Source: an uncultured Chloroflexia bacterium (GTDB lineage Bacteria; Chloroflexota; Limnocylindria; Limnocylindrales; CSP1-4). From it: a DNA stretch of 64,000 nt. Under the pieces are notes generated by a model, which saw only the letters and a program-made list of their open reading frames with translations, had not been told where the DNA came from and made no database searches. The stretch covers positions 78,602 to 142,601 of the forward strand of contig CAWHYC010000004.1 in assembly GCA_963833535.1 (NCBI GenBank), read 5' to 3'. The position numbers were made by a program, and so were the translations under genes. Shown here piece by piece: positions 1 through 10,296 of the stretch (position 1 is its first letter; every line of letters starts with the position of its first letter).

Positions 1-5
1 TTCGG

Positions 6-887
6 TTGGGGCAGGAGTTCGCCGCCTATGCGCTGACCACGAAGCGCGCCACGCAACGGATCCTGGCCGCCGCCGAGAGCGTCGGTGAGCAGAACATCGG
101 CGCGACCGCGGTGGGCACCGGGCTGAACGCCGAGCCCGAGTACATCACAGCGGTCATCCGCTTGCTCTCGGAGCAGACGAAGCTGCAGCTCCGCACGGCC
201 GAGCACCTCGTCCACGCCACGCAGTCGATGGCGCCGATGCTCGAGGTCTCGGCCGCGCTCCGTGCGCTTGCCGTCGACCTGGCCAAGATCGCCGAGGACC
301 TGCTCCTGATGTCGTCAGGGCCGCGCACCGGCTTCGCCGAGATCCGCCTGCCCGCCAAGCAGCCAGGCTCCTCGATCATGCCCGGCAAGGTCAACCCGGT
401 GATGGTCGAGAACCTGTCGATGATCTGCTACCACGTCATCGGCAACGACACGGCCGTCGCCTGGGCGGCATCGCGTGGGCAGCTCGAGCTGAACGTGATG
501 ATGCCGCTCATGGCGCACGAGGTGCTCGAGGCGCTGGAGGTCCTGACCAACGGTATCGGTCAGTTCGCGCGCGAGTGCGTGGCCGGCATCGAGGCCGATG
601 TCGAGCGCAGCGCCTGGCTCCTGGAGCAGTCGAGCGCGATGGCCACCCCGCTGGCGCCCTACGTCGGCTACGCCCTGGCAGCCGCCATCGCCAAGGAGGC
701 TGTCGCCAGCGGCAAGACGATCCGCGAGCTGGTCCTCGAGCAGGGGATCTTCACCAAGGAGGAGCTCGACGTGATCCTCGATCCACACGAGCTCACCGAG
801 CCCGGTGTCGCCGGCAGCTTCCGCTTCGAGCCGCGCATGCCGGAAGGCTACGAGCGCCCGACCGGCCCGGTGGGCGGGGGCGGCTAA
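6..887 (+). CDS. aspA: Aspartate ammonia-lyase (fumarase/aspartase family), 5' part outside window
   Basis: GATAVGTGLN and signature GSSIMPGKVNP; GQLELNVM motif. Confidence 0.85.
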   Translation: MGQEFAAYALTTKRATQRILAAAESVGEQNIGATAVGTGLNAEPEYITAVIRLLSEQTKLQLRTAEHLVHATQSMAPMLEVSAALRALAVDLAKIAEDLLLMSSGPRTGFAEIRLPAKQPGSSIMPGKVNPVMVENLSMICYHVIGNDTAVAWAASRGQLELNVMMPLMAHEVLEALEVLTNGIGQFARECVAGIEADVERSAWLLEQSSAMATPLAPYVGYALAAAIAKEAVASGKTIRELVLEQGIFTKEELDVILDPHELTEPGVAGSFRFEPRMPEGYERPTGPVGGGG

Positions 888-890
888 GGG

Positions 891-1354
891 TCAGGGGATC
901 CAGGCCACCGGCGGGGAGTAGGGGTCCGTCCAAGCGGGCGTCCGACCCGTTCCGTCTGCGTTCATGACATCGGCGACAGTCGATGACGTGCGCGTCGGCC
1001 ACCGTCGCGCCGGACGGGTCCGCGGCGAGCGGCCGGACCTGCACCTCACGCAGGCGGATCCGGTGCCGGCGAGCCATCCTCGCCGCATTGGCGACGATCC
1101 GGTTCAACCACCCGTCGAAGGCCGAGACATCGCGCAGGCGCGGGAGTTGCCGCCATGCCGCCATGAACGCTTCCTGCGTGGCGTCGGCGGCATCAGCGTC
1201 GTTGAGGAGGATCGACCAGGCGAGGCGATAGCAGCGATCGACGCGACTCGCGACGAGCGCGTCGAAGGCGGTCGCGTCGCCCTGCCGGGCGCGCTCAACG
1301 AGCGCCGTCGTCGGCCGACGCCGCCTGTCCGTCCGCTGCCGCCGTGATCTCCAA
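891..1354 (-). pseudogene. Truncated ECF sigma-70 factor (region 2 only)
   Basis: Minus-strand translation ALVERARQGDATAFDALV...DAADATQEAFMAAWRQLPRLRDVSAFDGWLNRIVAN; frameshift near 1305; no region 4 follows. Confidence 0.7.
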
Positions 1355-1468
1355 CCCGTCGCCCTCTCGCGCCGCCACCAATGTGGCGTCCGCTGTCCAG
1401 ATGCCGGCCGGTCGTCGTCGGTTGGGTCTGCTACGGGAACCGGTGGGACATCCCGCTAGACTCCCGCC

Positions 1469-2056
1469 ATGCGCGACCCTGCTGCTGAGTCGGGGAACGA
1501 GGCGGCCATCGACTCGAACACCTACCGCGACGTCCTCGGTCGCTTCGTGACCGGCGTCACCGTGATCACCACCGCCTCGCCGACGCCCGAGGGCATCCAG
1601 CCGTGGGGCACGACGGTCAACGCCTTCACGTCAGTCAGCCTCGAACCGCCGCTGGTGCTCATCTGCGTCGGACGCGAGCGCAGCATCCATCCGATCATCG
1701 AGGCGGCCGGGCGATTTGCGGTCAACATCCTGGCAGAGGAGAGCCAGGGCCTGTCCGACTGTTTCGCGGGCGCACCGTCGCCGCTCCCGCGATCGGCGTT
1801 CTGCGGCGCGAGCTATGTGCTCAGCCCGACCGGCCTGCCGATCCTCGATGCCGGCGTCGCGCACCTCGAGTGCGACGTCGAGCGTACGCTCGACGGCGGT
1901 GACCACACGATCTACCTCGCGCATGTGACCGGGCTCGGCCTGAGCGAGGTCCATCCCTTGCCGCTGCTCTACTACCGCGGTCGGTACCTGCGCATCGAGC
2001 GCGCCGCCACGGCCGAGCTGCTGGGCAAGCCCGACAGCCGCTACCCCGACGGCTAA
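1469..2056 (+). CDS. Flavin reductase family protein
   Basis: FVTGVTVIT, TVNAFTSVSLEPPLVL, GGDHTI motifs; TAGACT -10 box 6 nt upstream of ATG. Confidence 0.9.
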   Translation: MRDPAAESGNEAAIDSNTYRDVLGRFVTGVTVITTASPTPEGIQPWGTTVNAFTSVSLEPPLVLICVGRERSIHPIIEAAGRFAVNILAEESQGLSDCFAGAPSPLPRSAFCGASYVLSPTGLPILDAGVAHLECDVERTLDGGDHTIYLAHVTGLGLSEVHPLPLLYYRGRYLRIERAATAELLGKPDSRYPDG

Positions 2057-2104
2057 TGGCTGCGCCGATGCCCACGCTGGCACCCTGATGCCGATGGCGC
2101 CCTG

Positions 2105-2965
2105 ATGCCGACTGTCCGGGCCAACGGGCTCGACATGGCCTACCTCGTCGAGGGTGCCGGGCCGCCGGTGGTCATGCTCCACGGCGCGACGTCGTCGGCG
2201 GCCGACGACTGGGGTGCGCAGCGTCCGGCCATGCGACGGGCCTTCCGTCTCTACCTGCCAGACGCGCGTGGCCATGCTGGGACGCGCTGGGACGCGGCCG
2301 ACGGCTGGACAGCCGAGATGCTGGTCGATGACCTGGCCGCGTTCGTCGATGCGCTCGAGCTCGAGACCTTTCACCTGCTCGGCTTCAGCATGGGCGGCCA
2401 CACCGCGCTGCGTTACGCCACGCGACACCCCGAGCGCCTGCGCACGCTGCTCGTGTCCGGCATCGACGTCCAGCGGCAGCCGCGCATGAACGTCGCCCGT
2501 CACCTCATGGATCCCGAGCGCATCGATACGAGGGACCCGGCTTGGGCGGCCGCCCTCGAGCGCCGCCATGGCCCGGTCCAGGGCGCCGGCGCCTGGCGTC
2601 GGCTCCTGCCCGCGATCGCCGCCGATGTCGCTACGCAGCCGCTGATCACGCCGGAGGACCTGCGCCGCGTGAACATGCCGGCACTGCTGGTCGTCGGCGA
2701 CCGCGACGTCTTCGTGCCCACCGATCACGCCGTGGCACTCCATCGCCAGCTGCCCGACGGACGGCTGTGTATCGTGCCCGACTGCGATCACCAGGTCATG
2801 GCCAGTCGGCCGGCCATCTTCAACCAGGTCGCCGAGACGTTCTACCGGACGACCGAGATGGAGGCCCGAGCCCGTGCCGATGGCGGCGCCGAGCCAAGCC
2901 GGCGCGGGCTGCCCGCCGGCAACCGGGCGCCGGTCCCGACCTCGATGGGCGACCATGGCATCTGA
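2105..2965 (+). CDS. Alpha/beta fold hydrolase
   Basis: LHG, DARGHAG, GFSMGG nucleophile elbow, GDRD and C-terminal His. Confidence 0.9.
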   Translation: MPTVRANGLDMAYLVEGAGPPVVMLHGATSSAADDWGAQRPAMRRAFRLYLPDARGHAGTRWDAADGWTAEMLVDDLAAFVDALELETFHLLGFSMGGHTALRYATRHPERLRTLLVSGIDVQRQPRMNVARHLMDPERIDTRDPAWAAALERRHGPVQGAGAWRRLLPAIAADVATQPLITPEDLRRVNMPALLVVGDRDVFVPTDHAVALHRQLPDGRLCIVPDCDHQVMASRPAIFNQVAETFYRTTEMEARARADGGAEPSRRGLPAGNRAPVPTSMGDHGI

Positions 2966-3025
2966 CTCGAACGACGGTCCGGACCCCCGGTACCGCTTCG
3001 CACCCGGCCACGCACGGAGGCATCC

Positions 3026-3361
3026 ATGACCGCGACCCTCATGGCGCTCTATCGCCGGCCCGACGGAGATGAGGCCCTGGCCACCTTCCGCCGTCGGTAT
3101 GCCGCCGAGCATCTGCCCCTCGTCCGTCAGACGCCTGGGCTGCGCTCGTTGCACGTGGCTCGCGTGACGGAGGCCTGGGGCCAGTCGGACCTGGAGATGG
3201 TCGCGCGCATGGTCTTCGACGATCGAGCCGCCCTCGACGCCGGCCTGGCCAGCGACGCCATGCGCGCCGCCGGCCGCAACCTGCGCGAGATCGCGCCCGG
3301 GCTGGCGACGACGGTCATCGTCGAGCCGGACGACGAGATGGAAGCGGACGGCCCGGGATGA
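3026..3361 (+). CDS. EthD family reductase
   Basis: ALYRRP...FRRRYAAEHLPLVRQTPGL pattern; 111 aa; GGAGG RBS. Confidence 0.8.
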   Translation: MTATLMALYRRPDGDEALATFRRRYAAEHLPLVRQTPGLRSLHVARVTEAWGQSDLEMVARMVFDDRAALDAGLASDAMRAAGRNLREIAPGLATTVIVEPDDEMEADGPG

Positions 3362-4293
3362 CCGTCCATTACGAGGTTCTCGGCCGCCGGGCGACGATCC
3401 GGCTCGATCGCCCGGACGTCCTGAACGCGCTCGACCGTCCGACCCTCGACGCGCTCGCACACCACATGCGCCAGGCTTCGACCGACGACCGGGTCGGCGT
3501 GGTCGTCCTGACCGGCACCGGCGACCGGGCCTTCTCGACCGGCGCCGACCTCGCCGAGCAGGCCGCGTTCCTCGACCGGCCCAACGATTACTGGGCCTGG
3601 ATGGGCCACTTCATCGCGGCCATCGACGCCATCAGGACCTGCCCCAAGCCGGTCGTGGCACGCCTCAACGGCATGACCGTCGGCGGCGGCAACGAGCTGA
3701 ACCTGGCCTGCGACCTGGCGGTCGCCGCGGACGATGTCGTCTTCCGCCACGTCGGCCCGTCGCGCGGCAGCGTGCCTGCGGGTGGCGCCACGCAGTGGCT
3801 GTCGTTGCTCATCGGCGATCGTCGAGCGCGGGAGGTGCTCCTCCTCAACCAGCCGATCGACGCTCGCCAAGCGCTCGAGTGGGGCTGGGTCAATCGCGCC
3901 GTGCCCCGCGCGGAGCTCGATGCCACGGTCGACGCACTGTGCGAGGAGCTGCTGGCCAAGCTGCCCGAGGTCGTGCGCGCGACCAAGACGCAGCTCGACT
4001 TCTGGCGCGACCTGTCCTGGAGCCTGACCATCCGCCATGCACGAGAGTGGCTGACGCTCCACGCCGCGTCCGACGAGGTGCGCGAAGGGCTCGACAGCTT
4101 CACCGAGAAACGGGCGCCCGACTACGAAGGCCTCCGCTCTCGCCTGGCACCACCGGCGAGCGGGCCCAGCGCGGGACCGGGCGCGCCGCACGCGGCCGTC
4201 GACGGGCTCCGCTGCCCCTTCTGCGGTCGCGGGCCGCTGGCGTCGGACGCCGTGTTCTGCGGATACTGTGGCAAGCCGTTATTGGGAGCCTGA
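3358..4293 (+). CDS. Crotonase (Oah/BadI/MenB-like ring-cleaving hydrolase) with C-terminal zinc ribbon
   Basis: AFSTGADL, GGGNELNLACD, GPSRGSVPAGGATQWL; terminal CPFC...FCGYCG. Confidence 0.8.
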   Translation: MTVHYEVLGRRATIRLDRPDVLNALDRPTLDALAHHMRQASTDDRVGVVVLTGTGDRAFSTGADLAEQAAFLDRPNDYWAWMGHFIAAIDAIRTCPKPVVARLNGMTVGGGNELNLACDLAVAADDVVFRHVGPSRGSVPAGGATQWLSLLIGDRRAREVLLLNQPIDARQALEWGWVNRAVPRAELDATVDALCEELLAKLPEVVRATKTQLDFWRDLSWSLTIRHAREWLTLHAASDEVREGLDSFTEKRAPDYEGLRSRLAPPASGPSAGPGAPHAAVDGLRCPFCGRGPLASDAVFCGYCGKPLLGA

Positions 4294-5105
4294 TGAGCGG
4301 ATCCGACAGCCTCCATCGCCTGCGCGTCGACCTGCCGGCCCTGGGCCCCGATGGCCCGGTGGCATCGGTCGCTCTGATCACGCTCGACCGACCAGAGGTC
4401 CTCAACGCGCTCGATGCGGAGACGATGCGCCAGCTTGCCGAGGCGCTCGAGGGGCTCGACGCCGACGATGGCTGCCGGGCGATCGTCATCACCGGTGCCG
4501 GTGATCGAGCCTTCGCGGCCGGCGCCGACATCCGCGAGATGGCTGAAGCGACGCCGACCAGCCTGGCGCGGGCGAACAGCTTCGCGCGCTGGGAGCGCAT
4601 CAGGCGCATCCGCAAGCCTGTCGTCGCCGCCGTGCGCGGATACGCGCTGGGTGGCGGCTGCGAGCTGGCCATGGCCTGCGATCTCCTGGTCGCCGCTGAC
4701 GACGCGATCTTCGGCCAGCCGGAGATCAAGCTCGGCGTCATGCCCGGCGCTGGCGGCACGCAACGGATGACGCGGGCGCTGGGCAAGGCCAGGGCCATGG
4801 ACGTCATCCTGACCGGCCGCAACGTCACAGCAGGTGAAGCCGAGGCGCATGGCCTCGTCACGCAGCTGGTGCCCCGTGAGGCGGTCGTCCCGACCGCCCT
4901 CGAGCTGGCGGCCCGGATCGCGGCCATGCCGCCGCTCGCGGTGATGGCCGCCAAGGAGGCCGTCAACCGTGCCTTCGAGCTGTCGCTGGAGGCAGGCCTC
5001 GAGTTCGAGCGGCGCAACTTCTTCCTGCTCTTCGGGAGCGAGGATCAGCGTGAGGGGATGGCTGCTTTCGTGGAGAAGCGCGAGCCCGAGTTCAAGGGCA
5101 GCTGA
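4293..5105 (+). CDS. paaF: Enoyl-CoA hydratase (PaaF-like)
   Basis: AFAAGADI, GGGCELAMACD, FGQPEIKLG; ATG overlaps upstream TGA. Confidence 0.8.
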   Translation: MSGSDSLHRLRVDLPALGPDGPVASVALITLDRPEVLNALDAETMRQLAEALEGLDADDGCRAIVITGAGDRAFAAGADIREMAEATPTSLARANSFARWERIRRIRKPVVAAVRGYALGGGCELAMACDLLVAADDAIFGQPEIKLGVMPGAGGTQRMTRALGKARAMDVILTGRNVTAGEAEAHGLVTQLVPREAVVPTALELAARIAAMPPLAVMAAKEAVNRAFELSLEAGLEFERRNFFLLFGSEDQREGMAAFVEKREPEFKGS

Positions 5106-5196
5106 CGCGCGGATCACCGTCGGCGGGTGGCTTCGTGGGAGTACCCTGAGCGCAGCTGACACGGCCGACGGTCGAGCGGGAGGCGGAGGAGCCGAC

Positions 5197-5967
5197 GTGG
5201 CGGACGAGTGGACCGGATTGGACATGGCGGACGACGCCACCGGCGCCCTGCGCGATCAAGCGCCAGATCCCCTTGGCGTACCCGATCCCGACGCCCCCGT
5301 GAGCGGCCATCACCCGGCGAAGGAGTCGATCGGCGTGGCCGCCAGCGACGCCCCCGAGCACGAGTGGTCGGCCGCCCGTTCGCTGGTCTTTCCCATCGTC
5401 CGCGCGGCTGGGACCATCGGTGCCGCAGCCGACACGCCGCTCGATGTGCTGCGCTCGAGCCCGGCCGCCCACACCACCCCGCTCGTCGCTGAGGGCCCGG
5501 CCGGTCTGGTCGTCTCGTTCACCCTCGCCGGTGGCGGCTTCGACGTCCTCGTCAACGGGGAGCACCTGCTCTCATGGGGCATCGATTCGGCCGAGCTGGC
5601 GGCCGCGGCAGGCGAGAACCTGGCGGCCTGGTCGGCCGACGCGCCGTGGACCCGAGAGGATGGTGACGGCCGCGTCCTGATCAGCTCCGACACCGGCAGT
5701 GGCCATGATGCCGCACGCATCCTGCTCGACACGGCCCGGGCCCACATCACGGCCCAGCTGATGCAAGGCGCCGCACCCGGTACCCGCCTGCTGGTGGGCA
5801 TCCCCGATCGCGACATGCTGGTGGTCGGCACGCTTGCCCCGAGCGACCTGGAGTTCGGGCCGATGTTCCAGCAGTTCGTCCTCGAGCACTCCGGTGAGGC
5901 CGACGAACCGATCGAGCGGCGTGTCTTCGAGCTGGTCGGCGGCGACCTCGTCGTCCTCGCCGACTGA
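5197..5967 (+). CDS. Hypothetical protein, DUF1444/YtpQ-like
   Basis: GGAGGA RBS before GTG; motifs DAARILL and LLVGIPDRDML resemble DUF1444. Confidence 0.55.
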   Translation: MADEWTGLDMADDATGALRDQAPDPLGVPDPDAPVSGHHPAKESIGVAASDAPEHEWSAARSLVFPIVRAAGTIGAAADTPLDVLRSSPAAHTTPLVAEGPAGLVVSFTLAGGGFDVLVNGEHLLSWGIDSAELAAAAGENLAAWSADAPWTREDGDGRVLISSDTGSGHDAARILLDTARAHITAQLMQGAAPGTRLLVGIPDRDMLVVGTLAPSDLEFGPMFQQFVLEHSGEADEPIERRVFELVGGDLVVLAD

Positions 5968-6008
5968 GCCGGTGCCGGATCGCATCGTCCGCCGCTGATC
6001 GCGCCGTC

Positions 6009-6785
6009 GTGTCCGTCCTGCGCGTCGAGGATGCCGAGCCGGGCGTCCGGACCCTGGTCCTGGACCGTCCCGACGCGCTCAACGCACTCGACCGCGAGCT
6101 CAAGGCGGTCCTGCTGGCCGCGCTCCGAGCGGCCGCCCGCGATCGTGCCGTGCGGGCCATCGTGCTGACCGGTGCCGGCCGTGCGTTCTGTGCGGGGCAG
6201 GACCTGCGCGAGCGCGGGGATGGTGCGCCCGGTCTGGCCGTCGAGCTGCGCGAGCGATACGTCCCGCTCATCGAGGCCCTCCAGCGGATCGAGAAGCCAG
6301 TCGTGGCGGCGGTCAACGGCGTGGCGGCCGGCGCCGGCTTCTCGCTGGCACTGGCGTGCGATCTGAGGGTGATGGCCGACACAGCGACGTTCATCTCCGC
6401 CTTCGGGCGCATCGGCCTGGTGCCGGACAGTGGCCTGTCGTGGTTCCTGCCGCGGCTCGTCGGGCCGGCGCGCGCGGCGGAGATCGTCATGACCACCGAT
6501 CCCGTCGATGCCGCCACCGCCGAGCGGATCGGCCTCGTCAATCGGGTCGTGGCTGCCGAGGCGTGCGTTGCCGAGGCACAGGGGCTGGCCGCACGCCTGG
6601 CCACCGGCGCACCCATCGCCCTGGGCCTCGCCAAGCGTTCGCTGGCCTACTCGCTGGAGCACGATCTCTCGTCGAGCCTGGCCTTCGAGGCCGAGCTCCA
6701 GGGCATCGCAGGTCGCTCGTCCGATCACGCCGAGGGCGTGGCCGCGTTCAGCGAGAAGCGGCCGGCGCGGTTCACCGGGGAGTGA
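6009..6785 (+). CDS. paaG: Enoyl-CoA hydratase/isomerase (PaaG-like)
   Basis: FCAGQDL, VNGVAAGAG, IGLVPDSG typical of PaaG. Confidence 0.8.
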   Translation: MSVLRVEDAEPGVRTLVLDRPDALNALDRELKAVLLAALRAAARDRAVRAIVLTGAGRAFCAGQDLRERGDGAPGLAVELRERYVPLIEALQRIEKPVVAAVNGVAAGAGFSLALACDLRVMADTATFISAFGRIGLVPDSGLSWFLPRLVGPARAAEIVMTTDPVDAATAERIGLVNRVVAAEACVAEAQGLAARLATGAPIALGLAKRSLAYSLEHDLSSSLAFEAELQGIAGRSSDHAEGVAAFSEKRPARFTGE

Positions 6786-7960
6786 AGGTCGGGGTCGTCG
6801 GCGCCGGCACGATGGGTGCCGGCATCGCGCAGGTCTGTCTCCTGGCCGGCCACGAGGTACGCCTCTACGACGTCTCACCGGAGGCCACCGATGCCGGGCG
6901 TGCGCGCCTCGAGGCCGGCATGGGTCGCATGGTGGCCAAGGGCAAGCTCGACCCCGCTCAGCATGTGGCTGCCAGCGCGCGGCTGACGACGGTCGTCGAT
7001 CTGGCCAGCGTCGCCGAGGGCGCCGACCTGGTCATCGAGGCGGCTACCGAAGACCTGGCCGCCAAGCAGGCCATCTTCGGCACGCTTGACCGTGCCGCGC
7101 CGCCGGAGGCGTTGCTGGCGACGAACACCTCGGCGCTCTCGGTGACGGCCATCGCCCAGGCGACGATGCGCCCGGGTCGCGTGATCGGCCTCCACTTCTT
7201 CAACCCGGCGCCGCTCATGCCCCTCGTCGAGGTCGTCGCGGGCGAACAGACCAGCGGGTCGACGGTAGACGCGGCGATGGCGTTCATCACTGCTCTCGGC
7301 AAGGACCCCATCGCGTGCCGCGATGCGCCGGGGTTCATCGTCAACCGCGTCAATCGGCCGTTCACGCTCGAGGCCCTGAGGATGCTCGAGACGTCCGAGG
7401 CGGACATCGTGGCCATCGACGCCGCGATAGTCGGCGGCGGCTATCCGATGGGGCCCTTCGCGCTCATCGACCTGGTCGGGGTCGACGTCAACCTGGCCGT
7501 CACCCGGACCCTGTATGAGGGCTTCGAGGAGGCAGAGCGCTTCCGCCCGTCGTCCATCCAGGAGCGCCTGGTCGCGGCCGGCGCGCTCGGTCGCAAGTCG
7601 GGCCGCGGCTTCTACCGATACGACGATGTCGGTGGGCTGATCGGGCCTGCGGAGGGTTTCGAGACTACCGATCCGACGACCGCCGACCCGGAGGCGCCGG
7701 CGCTCGTTGCCGACACGATCCGCGCTCGGATCGAGCTGTCGATCATCAACGAGGCCTATCGAGCCGCCGGCGACGACATCGCGTCGCCGCCCGACATCGA
7801 CCTCGCGCTGGTGCTCGGGGCCGGCCACCCCGTCGGGCCCTTCGCCCGCGCTCGCGCGCTCGGACTCGGACGGGTGGTCGCCAGCCTGCGAGACCTCGAG
7901 CGGCAACACGGTGAGCGCTTCCGCGTCGCACAGGCGTTATGGCAGGTGGCCTCGATCTGA
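6782..7960 (+). CDS. paaH: 3-hydroxyacyl-CoA dehydrogenase (PaaH-like)
   Basis: VGAGTMGAGIA Rossmann motif, TNTS, GLHFFNPAP, PGFIVNR; GTG overlaps upstream stop. Confidence 0.85.
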   Translation: MKVGVVGAGTMGAGIAQVCLLAGHEVRLYDVSPEATDAGRARLEAGMGRMVAKGKLDPAQHVAASARLTTVVDLASVAEGADLVIEAATEDLAAKQAIFGTLDRAAPPEALLATNTSALSVTAIAQATMRPGRVIGLHFFNPAPLMPLVEVVAGEQTSGSTVDAAMAFITALGKDPIACRDAPGFIVNRVNRPFTLEALRMLETSEADIVAIDAAIVGGGYPMGPFALIDLVGVDVNLAVTRTLYEGFEEAERFRPSSIQERLVAAGALGRKSGRGFYRYDDVGGLIGPAEGFETTDPTTADPEAPALVADTIRARIELSIINEAYRAAGDDIASPPDIDLALVLGAGHPVGPFARARALGLGRVVASLRDLERQHGERFRVAQALWQVASI

Positions 7961-8676
7961 GCTCGAGCGGCGGTGGCCATGCCGCGAGCCCCACTCGGCC
8001 GCCGCTCGTCTGGCTCGCCGCGGGCTTCGTGCCCGTCATGGCTCTCGTCGCCTGGCGGTTCCTGCTGCCGCCGCCATCGCCGACCGGCGGCGCCTGCGGC
8101 GAGCCGCTGGCCCCGACCGTGCTCTGGCGGCTCGGGCTCGGCCTGGTGGTGTTCGGCTCGATCGCGGCGATGGCCAGCTTATTGCCCGCTGATCGCGCCT
8201 CCCTCCTGCTGCGCTGGCCATCGCGATCGGTGGTCGCCCTCTCGGTCGTCCTGGTCGTCGTCGTCGGGCCGCTCGCCCTGTGGCTCGGCCCGACCCTCGC
8301 GGAGCCCTTCTTCGGTCCGGTCGGCTATGACGTTGCACCACAAGGCGTGACGCTGATCGCGTTCCTGGCCGCGCTGCTCATCGCCGTGGCCAACGGCACG
8401 CTCGAGGAGCTGACCTTTCGCGGGGCCCTCATGGGCTGGAGCAGCCGGGCGCTCGGGCCGCTCTGGGCGACCCTGCTGCAAGCCTGTGTCTTCGGGGTCG
8501 TGCATGTCGGCGGCGACTTCACGGGCAATCCGCTGCCAGTCATGCTGGCCGTCGGGGTGGGTGGCCTGATCGCCGGCGTCATCGCCCAGCGAACAAGGTC
8601 GCTCTTGCTGCCCATCGCCGTCCACGCCGCGTTCGACCTGCCGCTCTACTACGCGTTCGCTTGTCGGGTGGCCTGA
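7939..8676 (+). CDS. CPBP (CAAX/Abi) family intramembrane glutamic endopeptidase; start uncertain
   Basis: EELTFRG, FGVVH, HAAFD motifs; multiple TM segments. Confidence 0.8.
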   Translation: MAGGLDLSSSGGGHAASPTRPPLVWLAAGFVPVMALVAWRFLLPPPSPTGGACGEPLAPTVLWRLGLGLVVFGSIAAMASLLPADRASLLLRWPSRSVVALSVVLVVVVGPLALWLGPTLAEPFFGPVGYDVAPQGVTLIAFLAALLIAVANGTLEELTFRGALMGWSSRALGPLWATLLQACVFGVVHVGGDFTGNPLPVMLAVGVGGLIAGVIAQRTRSLLLPIAVHAAFDLPLYYAFACRVA

Positions 8677-8701
8677 GACGCCGACGCTTCAGACCCGACC
8701 G

Positions 8702-8950
8702 GGTCAATGAACGAGCATTCGCGTCCCCATGTACCCGCCGGGTGGGTCGTAGAAGCCCTGGTCCCGATCTGCGACCCCAGATACCCGCGACGTGGGTGAT
8801 AACAAGCCCGGCTCATTGACCGGCGTGTCGCGCGACTATCTGGTCGCCTCGTCCACGCTCGACGCGCCGTGGCATGCCCGCGATCGGCATCGATCGCAGG
8901 TTTCCATGAAGCGGCTTTACTGCGTTACTACCCACGTAGCGGGCATGTGG
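8702..8950. repeat. Intergenic repeat element with 9-bp inverted repeats and three copies of a ~22-bp motif
   Basis: GGTCAATGA (8702) / TCATTGACC (8813); direct copies near 8726 and 8776, inverted copy 8929-8950. Confidence 0.55.
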
Positions 8951-9047
8951 CGAGCACTTCTATAGCCGCACCCATTCGTTCCGCTCGGCTTCCGGGCTGG
9001 AGCGGCCGCTCGGCCTACAATCGGGGCATGACCCGGCCATTCATCCG

Positions 9048-10277
<1,230 letters not shown>

Positions 10278-10296
10278 GCAGATCGATCGACGTCGC

